A stretch of 32,000 bases of DNA from Thermococcus kodakarensis KOD1 (GTDB taxonomy: Archaea; Methanobacteriota_B; Thermococci; Thermococcales; Thermococcaceae). Shown in pieces: positions 7,400-16,026 of this stretch. Every line of letters starts with the position of its first letter. Position 1 is the stretch's first letter. The DNA lies in contig NC_006624.1 in NCBI RefSeq assembly GCF_000009965.1, forward strand, positions 60,001-92,000. Reading direction: 5' to 3'. Made by a program: the position numbers and the translations under genes. The notes under the pieces were generated by a model. That model had not been told where the DNA came from and did not search any database. It was given only the letters and a program-made list of their open reading frames with translations.

Positions 7400-8974
7400 A
7401 TGAGGGCCCTTCCAGTGATTTCCATTATTTTCATTATGCTTCTTTCAACCCTCAGCGTTGCAGTAGCTGACAGCAGCTCCAACGAGACCATCAGCACGCC
7501 TGCTCTCGAAATGCCATCACTCACAATCTCAGACTATGTGAACAAGGCCCTTATCGCCTTCAAAGCCTGGCGCTTCGACTCAAAAGGCCTTATCAAGACA
7601 AACACAGGCATCTATGTCGACGAGAGGTTTTGGGACTGGCTTTCGGGTTCAATTCAGGAGAGTGCTAACCTCACCGATGCTGCCCTAAAGTGGGCTCAGG
7701 TCTTCCACCAGAAAGTCCAGAACGATGAGCCGATTCAGTGGATTTTCATCACCTGGACGAAGCCAAATGACCGGCTCAAGGAGGCACTTGAAGCCCTCGG
7801 TGCTGAGGTACTTTATGTTGATGACGACATCAATGCAATCTCACTCAAGGCAAGACCATCACTCATCAAAAACCTCGTTTACAGCCAGGCTTTTGACTTC
7901 GACTATAGGTTCTACATCCGCGAAGTTTGGCCCGACCTTTACGTCGAGACCGGCCCGACTATACTTGAGAACGAGACTACGTTCACGCCTGCCAACGTCA
8001 CGATAACTCCTGAACAGGTTTCCGGCGCAATCTGGAACATCAAGCTCGTTAAGGCTGACCTCGCCTGGAGTAAGGAAGGAATCACCGGCAAGGGCGTCAC
8101 GGTTGCGGTTCTTGATACCGGTGTGGACTGTGACCACGTGATGCTCCAGGGGGCTTGTGTGGGCTTTGAGAACTTTGTAACTGACGAGCCGGCAAAAGAT
8201 CTGAACGGTCATGGAACCCATGTAGCTGGCATTATCGCAGGAAGGCCTACTAAGGTTACTTGGGAAGGGAAAGAAGTTTATGTAAGCGGTGTTGCTCCCG
8301 AGGCCAACATTCTCGCGGTAAAGGTTCTCGGCCAGGACGGCGGCGGCACGATGACGCAGATCATCCAAGGCCTCGACTATGTTGTTGAGTGGAAAAAGAA
8401 GCACCCTGGCGAGCCGATAGTCATCTCAATGAGCTTGGGTTCCCCATTTGGAAGCCCAAGAGACCCAATGGTTCAGAAGGTCGAGCAGATCATCAGAGAG
8501 GAGCACATCCCGGTTGTCATCGCGGCCGGAAACGAGTTCGCGGTCATTGACAGTCCAGGCATAGCTACTGGAGCCATCACTGTGGCCGCGGTTGACAGGA
8601 ACATGAAGGTGGCATCTTTCTCAGGAAAGGGGCCGGGCCTGAACATCTACGACATCAAGCCCGACATCGCGGCTCCAGGAGTCAAGATACTAAGCGCCAA
8701 GGCCGGGACGAGAAACGAGTTCATAGCCATGAGTGGAACATCCATGGCAACTCCTCACGTGAGTGGCGTCGTGGCGCTGATTTTACAGAAGCACGGAGAC
8801 CTCACACCTGAGACGATCAAACTCATTCTCGAGAAGACGGCCTATCCGCTCGATGGCATTGACGCCCTGCCAACGTGGTCAGGAGCCGGAGTCGTTGATG
8901 CCTACGCCGCGGTCAAAGCCGAGCCAAGCGAAAGTGGAGGGCTCATCGACTTCCTCAGGAGGTTGCTCGGATGA
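7400..8974 (+). CDS. Subtilisin-like serine protease (S8 family) precursor with signal peptide and N-terminal pro-region
   Basis: Asp VAVLDTGVD, His NGHGTHVAGIIAG, oxyanion Asn AAGNE, Ser GTSMATPHVSGVVALI. N-terminal hydrophobic signal MRALPVISIIFIMLLSTLSVAVA. Confidence 0.92.
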   Translation: MRALPVISIIFIMLLSTLSVAVADSSSNETISTPALEMPSLTISDYVNKALIAFKAWRFDSKGLIKTNTGIYVDERFWDWLSGSIQESANLTDAALKWAQVFHQKVQNDEPIQWIFITWTKPNDRLKEALEALGAEVLYVDDDINAISLKARPSLIKNLVYSQAFDFDYRFYIREVWPDLYVETGPTILENETTFTPANVTITPEQVSGAIWNIKLVKADLAWSKEGITGKGVTVAVLDTGVDCDHVMLQGACVGFENFVTDEPAKDLNGHGTHVAGIIAGRPTKVTWEGKEVYVSGVAPEANILAVKVLGQDGGGTMTQIIQGLDYVVEWKKKHPGEPIVISMSLGSPFGSPRDPMVQKVEQIIREEHIPVVIAAGNEFAVIDSPGIATGAITVAAVDRNMKVASFSGKGPGLNIYDIKPDIAAPGVKILSAKAGTRNEFIAMSGTSMATPHVSGVVALILQKHGDLTPETIKLILEKTAYPLDGIDALPTWSGAGVVDAYAAVKAEPSESGGLIDFLRRLLG

Positions 8975-9114
8975 AGAAGTTTATCATCTTTCTCCTGGTC
9001 ATCCTCCTCTTTACAGCGTTCCTCGTAGGCTTCAACGAGTTCATCAAGAACGTCAGTCTTGCGATAGCGATCGCCCTTGTACTCCGCATCGTTGACGAGG
9101 TTGTGGAGGACTGA
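8971..9114 (+). CDS. 47-aa membrane peptide (below ORF-track cutoff)
   Basis: ATGA overlap with the protease stop. Encodes MKKFIIFLLVILLFTAFLVGFNEFIKNVSLAIAIALVLRIVDEVVED. The next gene starts 4 nt after its stop. Confidence 0.55.
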   Translation: MKKFIIFLLVILLFTAFLVGFNEFIKNVSLAIAIALVLRIVDEVVED

Positions 9115-9117
9115 ACT

Positions 9118-9375
9118 ATGTGGGGTTTGGAGGACAAACCGCTCCCAATTCGTTTAGGGATTGCGATCATCGCGGACGTCATTGACGCTCTCAACATAAT
9201 ACCAGGAGTGGGCGACCTCATCGAAACTCCATTCAACGCTTTCATCGCCTACGCCCTCACCGACAACCCAAAAGCCGCAGTGGTGGGTGGAGTTGACGGT
9301 ATCCTTCCAGCGCCAATAGACTGGTTCCCGAGCGCCACGGTGATGGTGATAGCCGACGAGCTCGGCTGGATCTGA
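9118..9375 (+). CDS. Small hydrophobic protein, 85 aa
   Basis: Tight spacing within the operon; IRLGIAIIADVIDALNIIPGVGDLIETPFNAFIAYAL. Confidence 0.6.
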   Translation: MWGLEDKPLPIRLGIAIIADVIDALNIIPGVGDLIETPFNAFIAYALTDNPKAAVVGGVDGILPAPIDWFPSATVMVIADELGWI

Positions 9376-9412
9376 GTTTTCGTTTTTCCTTCTTGCGAGA
9401 GAGGTGAGAAAA

Positions 9413-9796
9413 ATGGGACTGCTTGCGATCATATTCCTCGTATTCATCATCACGTTTGCACTTGCGACGATGTGGTATTCCAGCGGTGAGGCAGCGTTCT
9501 TCATCACGTTGGGAATAGTGGGCCTTGTCTTCTTTTGGGATCTCTCGTCCAATGGAGGCCAGTTCCTGGCAACACCACTCATTATGATCGGCGACTGGCT
9601 CGGCATCAGGCTCTGGACGGCACTCTTCCTCTTCCTGACGACCTTAGGTGGCTATGTCTTCGGAAATTGGGGAAAAGCCATCGTCTTCCTCGTGCTGGCA
9701 TTGATCATCCTCTATGCCCTCGGCCTCCTCGGGCCGATAGCGAGTGGCGACCTGAGCGCGATCAAGGATGCCGTCCAGGTCGGAGGTGGTAAGTGA
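9413..9796 (+). CDS. Polytopic membrane protein (~4 TM)
   Basis: ATG at 9413 after gagaggtga (the track start 9404 is GTG). Four long hydrophobic segments. Confidence 0.7.
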   Translation: MGLLAIIFLVFIITFALATMWYSSGEAAFFITLGIVGLVFFWDLSSNGGQFLATPLIMIGDWLGIRLWTALFLFLTTLGGYVFGNWGKAIVFLVLALIILYALGLLGPIASGDLSAIKDAVQVGGGK

Positions 9797-10512
9797 TGTA
9801 CAACCCTTCCCTCGCCGCCGCGACCTCACAGGCAGTCATGCTGAGCGTCTTCGTTGTAGTTGCAGCGTTCTTTGCATACTTCATCGCCTCAAGAAGGGCT
9901 GACATCTTTGGGGCCATCCTCCTCATGCTCCTCTCCATATTCCTCGCAAAGAACTACTATTATCTCGTCTACGCCGCCGGCGCGATGCTTGTCCTCGCTA
10001 CTGTCGCGTACATCACCAGCTATGATGAAGGGACAGTATCCGGGGCGCTGTTTTGGGCCGGAATAGGCCTCTTCACCTCACTCATGATATTCTACGTTAT
10101 GCCCGAGACAATCAAGATGGGCCAGGATCAGGCGTTTGTCTACATCGTGCTGATTCCAAGCTTCCTCATCGTGCTCATCAGCGACTGGAAGGGAAAGTTC
10201 AACTTCGAGTGGGAGAATGCGCTCGCCATCCTCATTCCAGTGGCCTTTGCCCTAGCATTCGTCAGCATGGTTGGGGTGTCACACATCATTTGGGGAGCGG
10301 CGATCATGCTTTTCGGTGTCATCCTCGAGTATCTTAACGCAGGCTTCGCCTCAACGGTTGCTTTTGTCTCCGGATTCATTATTTGGCTTGATGACGTCAT
10401 TGGGTACTCTCTGTATCCAAACTATGGCAATACTGCGGCCCTCCACCTCCTCGGTCCTGTAGGAGCTAGCCTCGTGCTCATCTACATTTATCTGCTCGTG
10501 TGGGGTGATTGA
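9793..10512 (+). CDS. Polytopic membrane protein, 239 aa (~7 TM)
   Basis: GTGATG overlap with the upstream stop. Almost entirely hydrophobic helices. Confidence 0.75.
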   Translation: MMYNPSLAAATSQAVMLSVFVVVAAFFAYFIASRRADIFGAILLMLLSIFLAKNYYYLVYAAGAMLVLATVAYITSYDEGTVSGALFWAGIGLFTSLMIFYVMPETIKMGQDQAFVYIVLIPSFLIVLISDWKGKFNFEWENALAILIPVAFALAFVSMVGVSHIIWGAAIMLFGVILEYLNAGFASTVAFVSGFIIWLDDVIGYSLYPNYGNTAALHLLGPVGASLVLIYIYLLVWGD

Positions 10513-11113
10513 AGTGAGGAAAAAAGTCGTTGCAGTTGCAGTTTTGTTTCTGGTTGTAATGGCCGGGCCGGTTGGAGCCTGGTCACTGAAAGACCTCCTC
10601 AAGAGTACTGCCGACAAGGCCCTCGGTCTCTTCAAGAGGGAAGTCATGCCGGTGGACGGCTATAAAGGGCTCAAGCCTGGCGAAGGCTTCTGGATCGAAG
10701 GCGAGCACTTCTGGAACCCGGACTACTACGTCCAGCTTAACGAGAGCAAAGTCTACTGGAGCTATTTAATCCCTACCGACGTGGATGTCAAGGTGAGGGT
10801 TTGGAAGGTCTATTTTGGGATATTTGCTTTTCCAGTCGAAAACGACCAGTATGCCGACATCTGGTGGAAGAAAGCACCAGTCGGCGACGGTTGGATCGGA
10901 GCGTTCTTCGTGCGGGGCTTCAGCTGGAGGCCAGGACGCGGCTGGAGAGATGCTGAGAAAGCCTATATTGCCTACAACCTGCCGAGCGCACAGGACATGA
11001 GCGTGGAAAATACCACAGCGCTCCAGAACACCACGATACAGCTCCCGATCAAAGTCGAGAACGTGACTTTTCGCCACCTGATTGGTGGCCTTTACTTGGT
11101 GAAAAGGGGGTGA
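10505..11113 (+). CDS. Secreted/anchored protein, ~200 aa (alternative GTG start at 10514)
   Basis: The N-terminus (M)RKKVVAVAVLFLVVMAGPVGAWS is signal-peptide-like. The Trp/Tyr-rich body carries N-x-T sequons. Confidence 0.7.
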   Translation: MIEVRKKVVAVAVLFLVVMAGPVGAWSLKDLLKSTADKALGLFKREVMPVDGYKGLKPGEGFWIEGEHFWNPDYYVQLNESKVYWSYLIPTDVDVKVRVWKVYFGIFAFPVENDQYADIWWKKAPVGDGWIGAFFVRGFSWRPGRGWRDAEKAYIAYNLPSAQDMSVENTTALQNTTIQLPIKVENVTFRHLIGGLYLVKRG

Positions 11114-11117
11114 TCTG

Positions 11118-11246
11118 ATGTTTGGACTAACTTTCCTGAACCTGAGCCCTGAGGCAGCTTTTGCACTCGGCATGATTGTTGGGCTGCTCCTGATGTGGGC
11201 AATTGAAGAAGACCTTGGAAACCACCGCAAGGAGGTAAGCGCATGA
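11118..11246 (+). CDS. 42-aa membrane peptide (below ORF-track cutoff)
   Basis: Encodes MFGLTFLNLSPEAAFALGMIVGLLLMWAIEEDLGNHRKEVSA. Starts 4 nt after the upstream stop, and its own stop overlaps the next ATG (ATGA). Confidence 0.5.
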   Translation: MFGLTFLNLSPEAAFALGMIVGLLLMWAIEEDLGNHRKEVSA

Positions 11247-11563
11247 GCCTGAAGAGTGGCGTCCTCCTTGCACTCGCTTACATTGTACCCTTCGCCCTAC
11301 TCCTACCGCCGGACTCGACAAACTCACCAGGAGCGATCTTTCTGTGGTTCCTCTACCCTATAACCTCAATGATGATCATGGTCGCCGTTGCCATCACTGC
11401 CTGGAAAGTCTTCAATGTTGACTTTGTGCCTTGGGGTCTGCTCCTCCTCTTTGGCTCGCCGATCCTGACGCTCCTCTTCAGCCCGATCTTCAGCCTGATG
11501 TGGGGCTTCTACATCGTGCCCACCGCTTTGGTATTCCTGGTCGGCCTGATGGAGGGTGATTGA
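11243..11563 (+). CDS. Membrane protein, 106 aa (~3 TM)
   Basis: ATGA coupling; hydrophobic throughout. Confidence 0.7.
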   Translation: MSLKSGVLLALAYIVPFALLLPPDSTNSPGAIFLWFLYPITSMMIMVAVAITAWKVFNVDFVPWGLLLLFGSPILTLLFSPIFSLMWGFYIVPTALVFLVGLMEGD

Positions 11564-11564
11564 G

Positions 11565-11705
11565 ATGGTCAGCAGGAAGGTGTACCTCAAGAGGAAGCGC
11601 GAGATCCTTCACCGAGTCCTCACGAATCTCCAGAAAGAGCTCGCGCGCGTGAACAGAGAACTGAAACAGCTTGAGAAGGGTGATAGTCATGGAAGCCGCG
11701 CCTGA
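11565..11705 (+). CDS. 46-aa basic coiled-coil peptide (below ORF-track cutoff)
   Basis: ATG sits 1 nt after the upstream stop. Encodes MVSRKVYLKRKREILHRVLTNLQKELARVNRELKQLEKGDSHGSRA. Confidence 0.4.
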   Translation: MVSRKVYLKRKREILHRVLTNLQKELARVNRELKQLEKGDSHGSRA

Positions 11706-12594
11706 AGTCCGCGAGGACATCCGCGCCGAGCTCGCGGCAAAGGTCGAAGGAAAAGACAGTCAGAAAAGCAGGATACTCAAGTTCACACTGCTCGGAATCG
11801 GAGCCGGAATAGCCGTCGGGCTGATCATGCTCGCCTTCCCGGGCTTTTACGACACGCTCGTCAAGATTCACCAAGCCCTGGCCAAGCCTCGTTATAGCTT
11901 CTATGTCCTCATTGGCTCGATACTCTTCGTCGAGTTCATGAGGGCCACGTGGGTCGAGAGTGCGAAGGCCCGCTCAAAGAGGCTCATACCGCTCACATCA
12001 CCAGAAACGGAAATTTGGGTCAAGGAAAAGCCGCTTCTTGGAATAAAGCTACCGTTCACATCAAAAGAAGTCAAAAGCCGCAGGATAAAGCCCCACATTG
12101 TCGAGACAGAGCTCGGGTGGAGAGTCTATCCGAACAAGTCACTTCTCTCACAGCAGTGGGATGGAACAGTCCACTTCATTCCGGGCGACGCAATATTCGG
12201 CTATGGGAACACGAGAATAATCGCAGCAAAGAAGCCGAGCAGGCCAACCTACTACGAGGTTGACAAAACCACTGGAGAGCAGATTCCAGTTTACGTTTGG
12301 GAACCGGTGAACATTGGAGACGAACTATACCTCCGCGCCCTCAAGGAGATAGAATACCTCAAGGCAGAGAACACCGCACTGAGGGCCTACGCCGAGAAAG
12401 GCTACGAATTAGCCAGGACGATCGCGGCCCTGCCAAGGGAATTCTTCGACAGCCTACGCGAGAAGGGCTACGAGGACGCGCTGAGAATCATGAAGGAAGT
12501 CCTCGGAAAGGGCTTCTTCGCAGAGATGGGCAAGATGAGGAAAGAAGAGCTGACCGCCATCATAGACGCACTCAAAAAGGAGGGAGAGCTTTGA
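11689..12594 (+). CDS. Membrane-anchored protein (2 N-terminal TM helices plus a ~200-aa soluble domain), unknown function
   Basis: ATG at 11689 (track start 11671 is TTG). TM segments ILKFTLLGIGAGIAVGLIMLAF and FYVLIGSILFVEF. C-terminal helical region. Confidence 0.75.
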   Translation: MEAAPEVREDIRAELAAKVEGKDSQKSRILKFTLLGIGAGIAVGLIMLAFPGFYDTLVKIHQALAKPRYSFYVLIGSILFVEFMRATWVESAKARSKRLIPLTSPETEIWVKEKPLLGIKLPFTSKEVKSRRIKPHIVETELGWRVYPNKSLLSQQWDGTVHFIPGDAIFGYGNTRIIAAKKPSRPTYYEVDKTTGEQIPVYVWEPVNIGDELYLRALKEIEYLKAENTALRAYAEKGYELARTIAALPREFFDSLREKGYEDALRIMKEVLGKGFFAEMGKMRKEELTAIIDALKKEGEL

Positions 12595-12608
12595 CCTCTC
12601 CCATTTTT

Positions 12609-12722
12609 GCCATCCAGAAAGGGGCATCGGGCCAAGTAGGGATTCCGAACGGTCCGGCCCCCTGGATGGCCCTATTCGGGCCAGAACACCGCGGAGGTGA
12701 GTTGGCGTATACCCCACGCCAA
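12609..12722 (+). other. Structured non-coding gap: 62-nt imperfect long hairpin plus a 7-bp hairpin
   Basis: gccatccag (12609-17) pairs with ctggatggc (12662-70). Inner helices are gggg/cccc with c25-g57 and cgggcc/ggtccg. The second hairpin is 12702-12722 (ttggcgt/acgccaa). This is the only sizeable gap (170 bp) inside the coupled gene block. Confidence 0.45.
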
Positions 12723-12764
12723 GTTGACGCATCCTGACTGAGGAAAAGAAAGGGGGTCCATACG

Positions 12765-13340
12765 GTGGTAGTGGGAAACTCATCAAAAGGGTTAGTGGAG
12801 AGTATAGATGTCATTATAGAGCGCTCTAAGAACGCCAAACTTACGCCAGAGAAGAAGTACATTGACATAGCTAAGACAGTCGCCAAGAAGGCCGAGGCAA
12901 CAGAAAAGGAAGCCAGGGGACTGCCGAACATCTACGTCACCAGGAAGCTCGAGCTCGCCTTCGAAACCATCGAGCGCCTGAAAGAAGCCCTCGAGTATGC
13001 ATTTAAAGGCATCTATTCTGGCGAGGACGTTGAAGAGAAAATCAACTCGATGAGGCGCGTTTTTGGAAGGAAAGCCCACCTGAGGACGAAGATCCTCATG
13101 ACACTACTAATCCATGGAGAGATGAAGTCCCAAGATATTGCAAAGATACTCAGAAAGGACGAATCAACAATCAGCAAGGCGATGAAGTTCCTTCTCCTCG
13201 AGGGCTACGTGGTGAGGGGTGAGAATGGACTAAAGCTCCGGCCAGGGATTGAAGACGCCTTGTGGGAGCTTTTCGACGACATCTTCGGCCAGCTCGAGGA
13301 GATACTTCTTGAGCAGACCCTGGAGGGAGCGGATGAATGA
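12765..13340 (+). CDS. Winged-helix (ArsR/MarR-like) DNA-binding protein, 191 aa
   Basis: GTG after aagggggt. The C-terminal RTKILMTLLIHGEMKSQDIAKILRKDESTISKAMKFLLLEGYVVRGENGLKL has a wHTH pattern. Confidence 0.7.
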   Translation: MVVGNSSKGLVESIDVIIERSKNAKLTPEKKYIDIAKTVAKKAEATEKEARGLPNIYVTRKLELAFETIERLKEALEYAFKGIYSGEDVEEKINSMRRVFGRKAHLRTKILMTLLIHGEMKSQDIAKILRKDESTISKAMKFLLLEGYVVRGENGLKLRPGIEDALWELFDDIFGQLEEILLEQTLEGADE

Positions 13341-14644
13341 GAGCGAACCTCGAGGAGATCTGGCCCCGGGACGTGCTGGAGGAAGACTTGCAGAGATATG
13401 AAGAAAAAACTTCATATTCAGAGAACCCGCTCCTGACCTTTGGCCTCACCAAAAGGGGCAAACTCGCCTATCCTCTGAGCGGCCCAAGCCACAGGCTCAT
13501 AATGGGGCAGACTGGAGCCGGAAAGACGACCCTCGCCCAAACACTGATGGAAATCGACTTCCTGAGGGGCCGCAAGGTCTTCGAAATAGAACCCGCGCTT
13601 GAGGCCAAATCAGAGCGAGCTTTCATGAACCTCCCCAACAACGACAGCAGGATGCGCCGAGTCCTGCTCGAAAAGTTCGGGATTGATATTGAGGACCTCA
13701 ATGAGTGGCCATTCAGGGCCGTTGTGTACAGCCCTGCGACGCCGAGATTCATCAACTTCCTCCAGAAGTACGAGAACCATCCAGGAATAGAGTTCTTCAA
13801 GCCGCTAACCTTCACCGAGGCCGACCTGATTGACATCATCGCGAGGACGCTCCCAACAGGCTCGATTGAGGGCCTGATCGTTGCCGATGCATATGACCAG
13901 TACGTCAACACAGTCAAGAAGCGGAAGAAGAGGAACATCGAGGAGTTCAAGAACTACGTCAAGGAGATCGGAGAAGGGACAAACGTCAACATAGACAACA
14001 CACTCATGAAGATCAACCGCTTCTACCATGTCCTGAAAGGGCTGGAAGTCGAGAACGGGGTTACTCTCAACGAGATGATGAAGAACCCAAAGGAGATCAG
14101 CGTCTTCACAACACACTTCATCGAGAGGCCTGAAGACCGATACATATGGACCTTTGCAATACTCGTCACGGTGTACTCAAACTGGATCGGCAACCTCAAG
14201 CGCGACTACCTCATGAGCTTCTTCGTCGCCGATGCAAACCTCCTCGCTCCAAGTTCACCAAGAGATATCATCGAGAAACTTTCCTACTTCCAGACTCTCA
14301 TGAGGCAGGAACTTCAGATCTACGTGAAGATCTCCCGTGGAAAGAATATGGCCTGGACGCTTGACACACAGAGACATGACGATCTAAGCCCGAGCATCGT
14401 CAGCGAGTGCAAGGAGTGGTTCGTCAAGAGGATGTATGCTCGGGAATTCGCCCAAAAACTTGGGGTTGAGCCGAGGCTTCTGAGGACGCTCTCAATAGAG
14501 AAGGCAATCTACGTCGGGCCGCTGACAAAGTACAAAGTGCTCCTACGGCCCCCAATTTCCCGCAAAGCCGCGGCTGGAGAGTACGCACCAATCCACTTCT
14601 TAGATGCTTATGAGGGGTGGGAGAATGAGGAAGCTAACTTTTAG
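13337..14644 (+). CDS. HerA/FtsK-superfamily P-loop ATPase, 435 aa
   Basis: Walker A IMGQTGAGKTT. Candidate Walker B LMSFFVADANLLAP. HerA-like C-terminal motif WTLDTQRHDDLSPSIVSEC. ATGA-coupled to the wHTH gene. Confidence 0.8.
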   Translation: MRANLEEIWPRDVLEEDLQRYEEKTSYSENPLLTFGLTKRGKLAYPLSGPSHRLIMGQTGAGKTTLAQTLMEIDFLRGRKVFEIEPALEAKSERAFMNLPNNDSRMRRVLLEKFGIDIEDLNEWPFRAVVYSPATPRFINFLQKYENHPGIEFFKPLTFTEADLIDIIARTLPTGSIEGLIVADAYDQYVNTVKKRKKRNIEEFKNYVKEIGEGTNVNIDNTLMKINRFYHVLKGLEVENGVTLNEMMKNPKEISVFTTHFIERPEDRYIWTFAILVTVYSNWIGNLKRDYLMSFFVADANLLAPSSPRDIIEKLSYFQTLMRQELQIYVKISRGKNMAWTLDTQRHDDLSPSIVSECKEWFVKRMYAREFAQKLGVEPRLLRTLSIEKAIYVGPLTKYKVLLRPPISRKAAAGEYAPIHFLDAYEGWENEEANF

Positions 14645-15761
14645 CCTGATATTCATATTATATATAATGGGAACTCTTGGATATGTAGCGGCGTATAGCC
14701 AAGCCATCAAACTCCATGTCGGCGATGAGGTATATATTGATGATATGCACATATTTATAGACAAGAGCAGAGTGGACAACCGCACCGCTGCGGTGATCGA
14801 GTACCAAAACTCGACGTTCCTCGTATTTGAAGGCCAGAACAAAACAATCGGAAACTACACCATCGAGGTCATCCCATTCAAGGACTACGTTTACCTCATG
14901 ATCTCCGCGCCCTTCAACTTCACGGCGAGGTTTCCAGAAGAAGAGAACCTGACTGCCAGCAACGTGACCGTAGCGAACCAAACCAACACCACCGCGCCGG
15001 CCCCGGCGAACCTGACGAACTCCACAACTTCTGAGCCGGCCAACATCACGGCCAATTACACCTGCTCAAGCGTCGAGGAGTGCCAGGCAATAATAGCTAA
15101 ACTCGAGAACGAGCTTGAGAAGGAGAAGCAAGAGAGAGCTGAGCTTGAGAAACAGATAGAATATCTCCGACAACAAGCCACATTTTGCAACATGACACAA
15201 GTAGAGAACGAGCAGCTGAAGAAGCAGCTCAGAATACTCGAGCAGGCCCTCGAAGAGAAGAACCAGCGCATACGTGAATTAGAGAGACAGATCGAGGAAC
15301 TGCAGGCGCAGCAGTGGAGTTGGGAAACCTTCCGCGAGAAGAGCGAGGAACAGTACCTCCTCTGGACGCCCTATCTCTTCCCTGTCGTTCTCGGTGGGCT
15401 GGTCGTCTATTACAGGCGCTACAAGACAACGAAGAAGTACGCCGAGGTGATGATCGACCAGAAGGCCAGGGAGCTCAAAGAGGAGCTCCTGAGCGAGTAC
15501 CTGAAGAAGGATCTCCTGAGGGCCAAGATCGAGACCATCGTGGACGACCCGAACCTGCTCGTGATTCTGCGCACGATAATCCCGCAGATCACAGGCTCCA
15601 CAGAAATCACCAAGGGCGACATCCTGAACATTGACATCGACCAGGTCGCCGAGCTCGCCAGGAAGAAGTTCCTCCTCAAGGAGAACCGTGTTGAATACCT
15701 CAAGAAGAAGCTCGCCGAGCTGAAGGAAGCTATAAAGGAGGAGGTTGGGGAGAATGTTTGA
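14625..15761 (+). CDS. Bitopic envelope protein: signal peptide, N-glycosylation-rich stalk, long coiled coil, TM helix, cytoplasmic tail
   Basis: ATG at 14625 after gaggggtgggag. MRKLTFSLIFILYIMGTLGYVAA; NLTASNVTVANQTNTTAPAPANLTNSTTSEPANITANYT; heptad-rich LENELEKEKQERAELEKQIEYLRQQ...LEEKNQRIRELERQIEELQAQQ; TM LFPVVLGGLVVYY. Confidence 0.75.
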   Translation: MRKLTFSLIFILYIMGTLGYVAAYSQAIKLHVGDEVYIDDMHIFIDKSRVDNRTAAVIEYQNSTFLVFEGQNKTIGNYTIEVIPFKDYVYLMISAPFNFTARFPEEENLTASNVTVANQTNTTAPAPANLTNSTTSEPANITANYTCSSVEECQAIIAKLENELEKEKQERAELEKQIEYLRQQATFCNMTQVENEQLKKQLRILEQALEEKNQRIRELERQIEELQAQQWSWETFREKSEEQYLLWTPYLFPVVLGGLVVYYRRYKTTKKYAEVMIDQKARELKEELLSEYLKKDLLRAKIETIVDDPNLLVILRTIIPQITGSTEITKGDILNIDIDQVAELARKKFLLKENRVEYLKKKLAELKEAIKEEVGENV

Positions 15762-16026
15762 ATGGCTCCTATACATCTCCCTCGCCCTTGGTTTTTGGCT
15801 CATCTATGAGATAGCAAAGGACAAAGTCCGCGGGCCCGGACGCTACTGGATCACCCTCAACGTCGAGGGAGACGCCGAGCGCGTTGAGTACCTCATCAAG
15901 CAACTCGCAAAGGACCAGAAGATCAAGATCCGCAGTTTCAAAATCAGCGCCGAAAAGCCTTCCACATCAAAGAGGAAAAAGTTTTTTGGACAAACCACTA
16001 AAAAAGAAGAGGTGGATTCAAAATGA
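15754..16026 (+). CDS. Small membrane protein with basic C-terminal tail, 90 aa
   Basis: ATG at 15754 after aggaggagg. MFEWLLYISLALGFWLIYEI followed by a Lys-rich tail. Confidence 0.6.
   Translation: MFEWLLYISLALGFWLIYEIAKDKVRGPGRYWITLNVEGDAERVEYLIKQLAKDQKIKIRSFKISAEKPSTSKRKKFFGQTTKKEEVDSK

Noticed and set aside
9154-9606. 150-aa minus-strand ORF
   Set aside because: It is antisense to two coupled membrane-protein genes with good RBSs and has no start context of its own.
12297-12737. 146-aa Arg-rich + strand ORF (alternative frame) and minus ORFs 12454..12931
   Set aside because: The + ORF is an out-of-frame overlap with the 3' end of 11689..12594 and runs into the hairpin gap, with an extreme Arg/Gly composition. 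The minus ORFs are antisense shadows.
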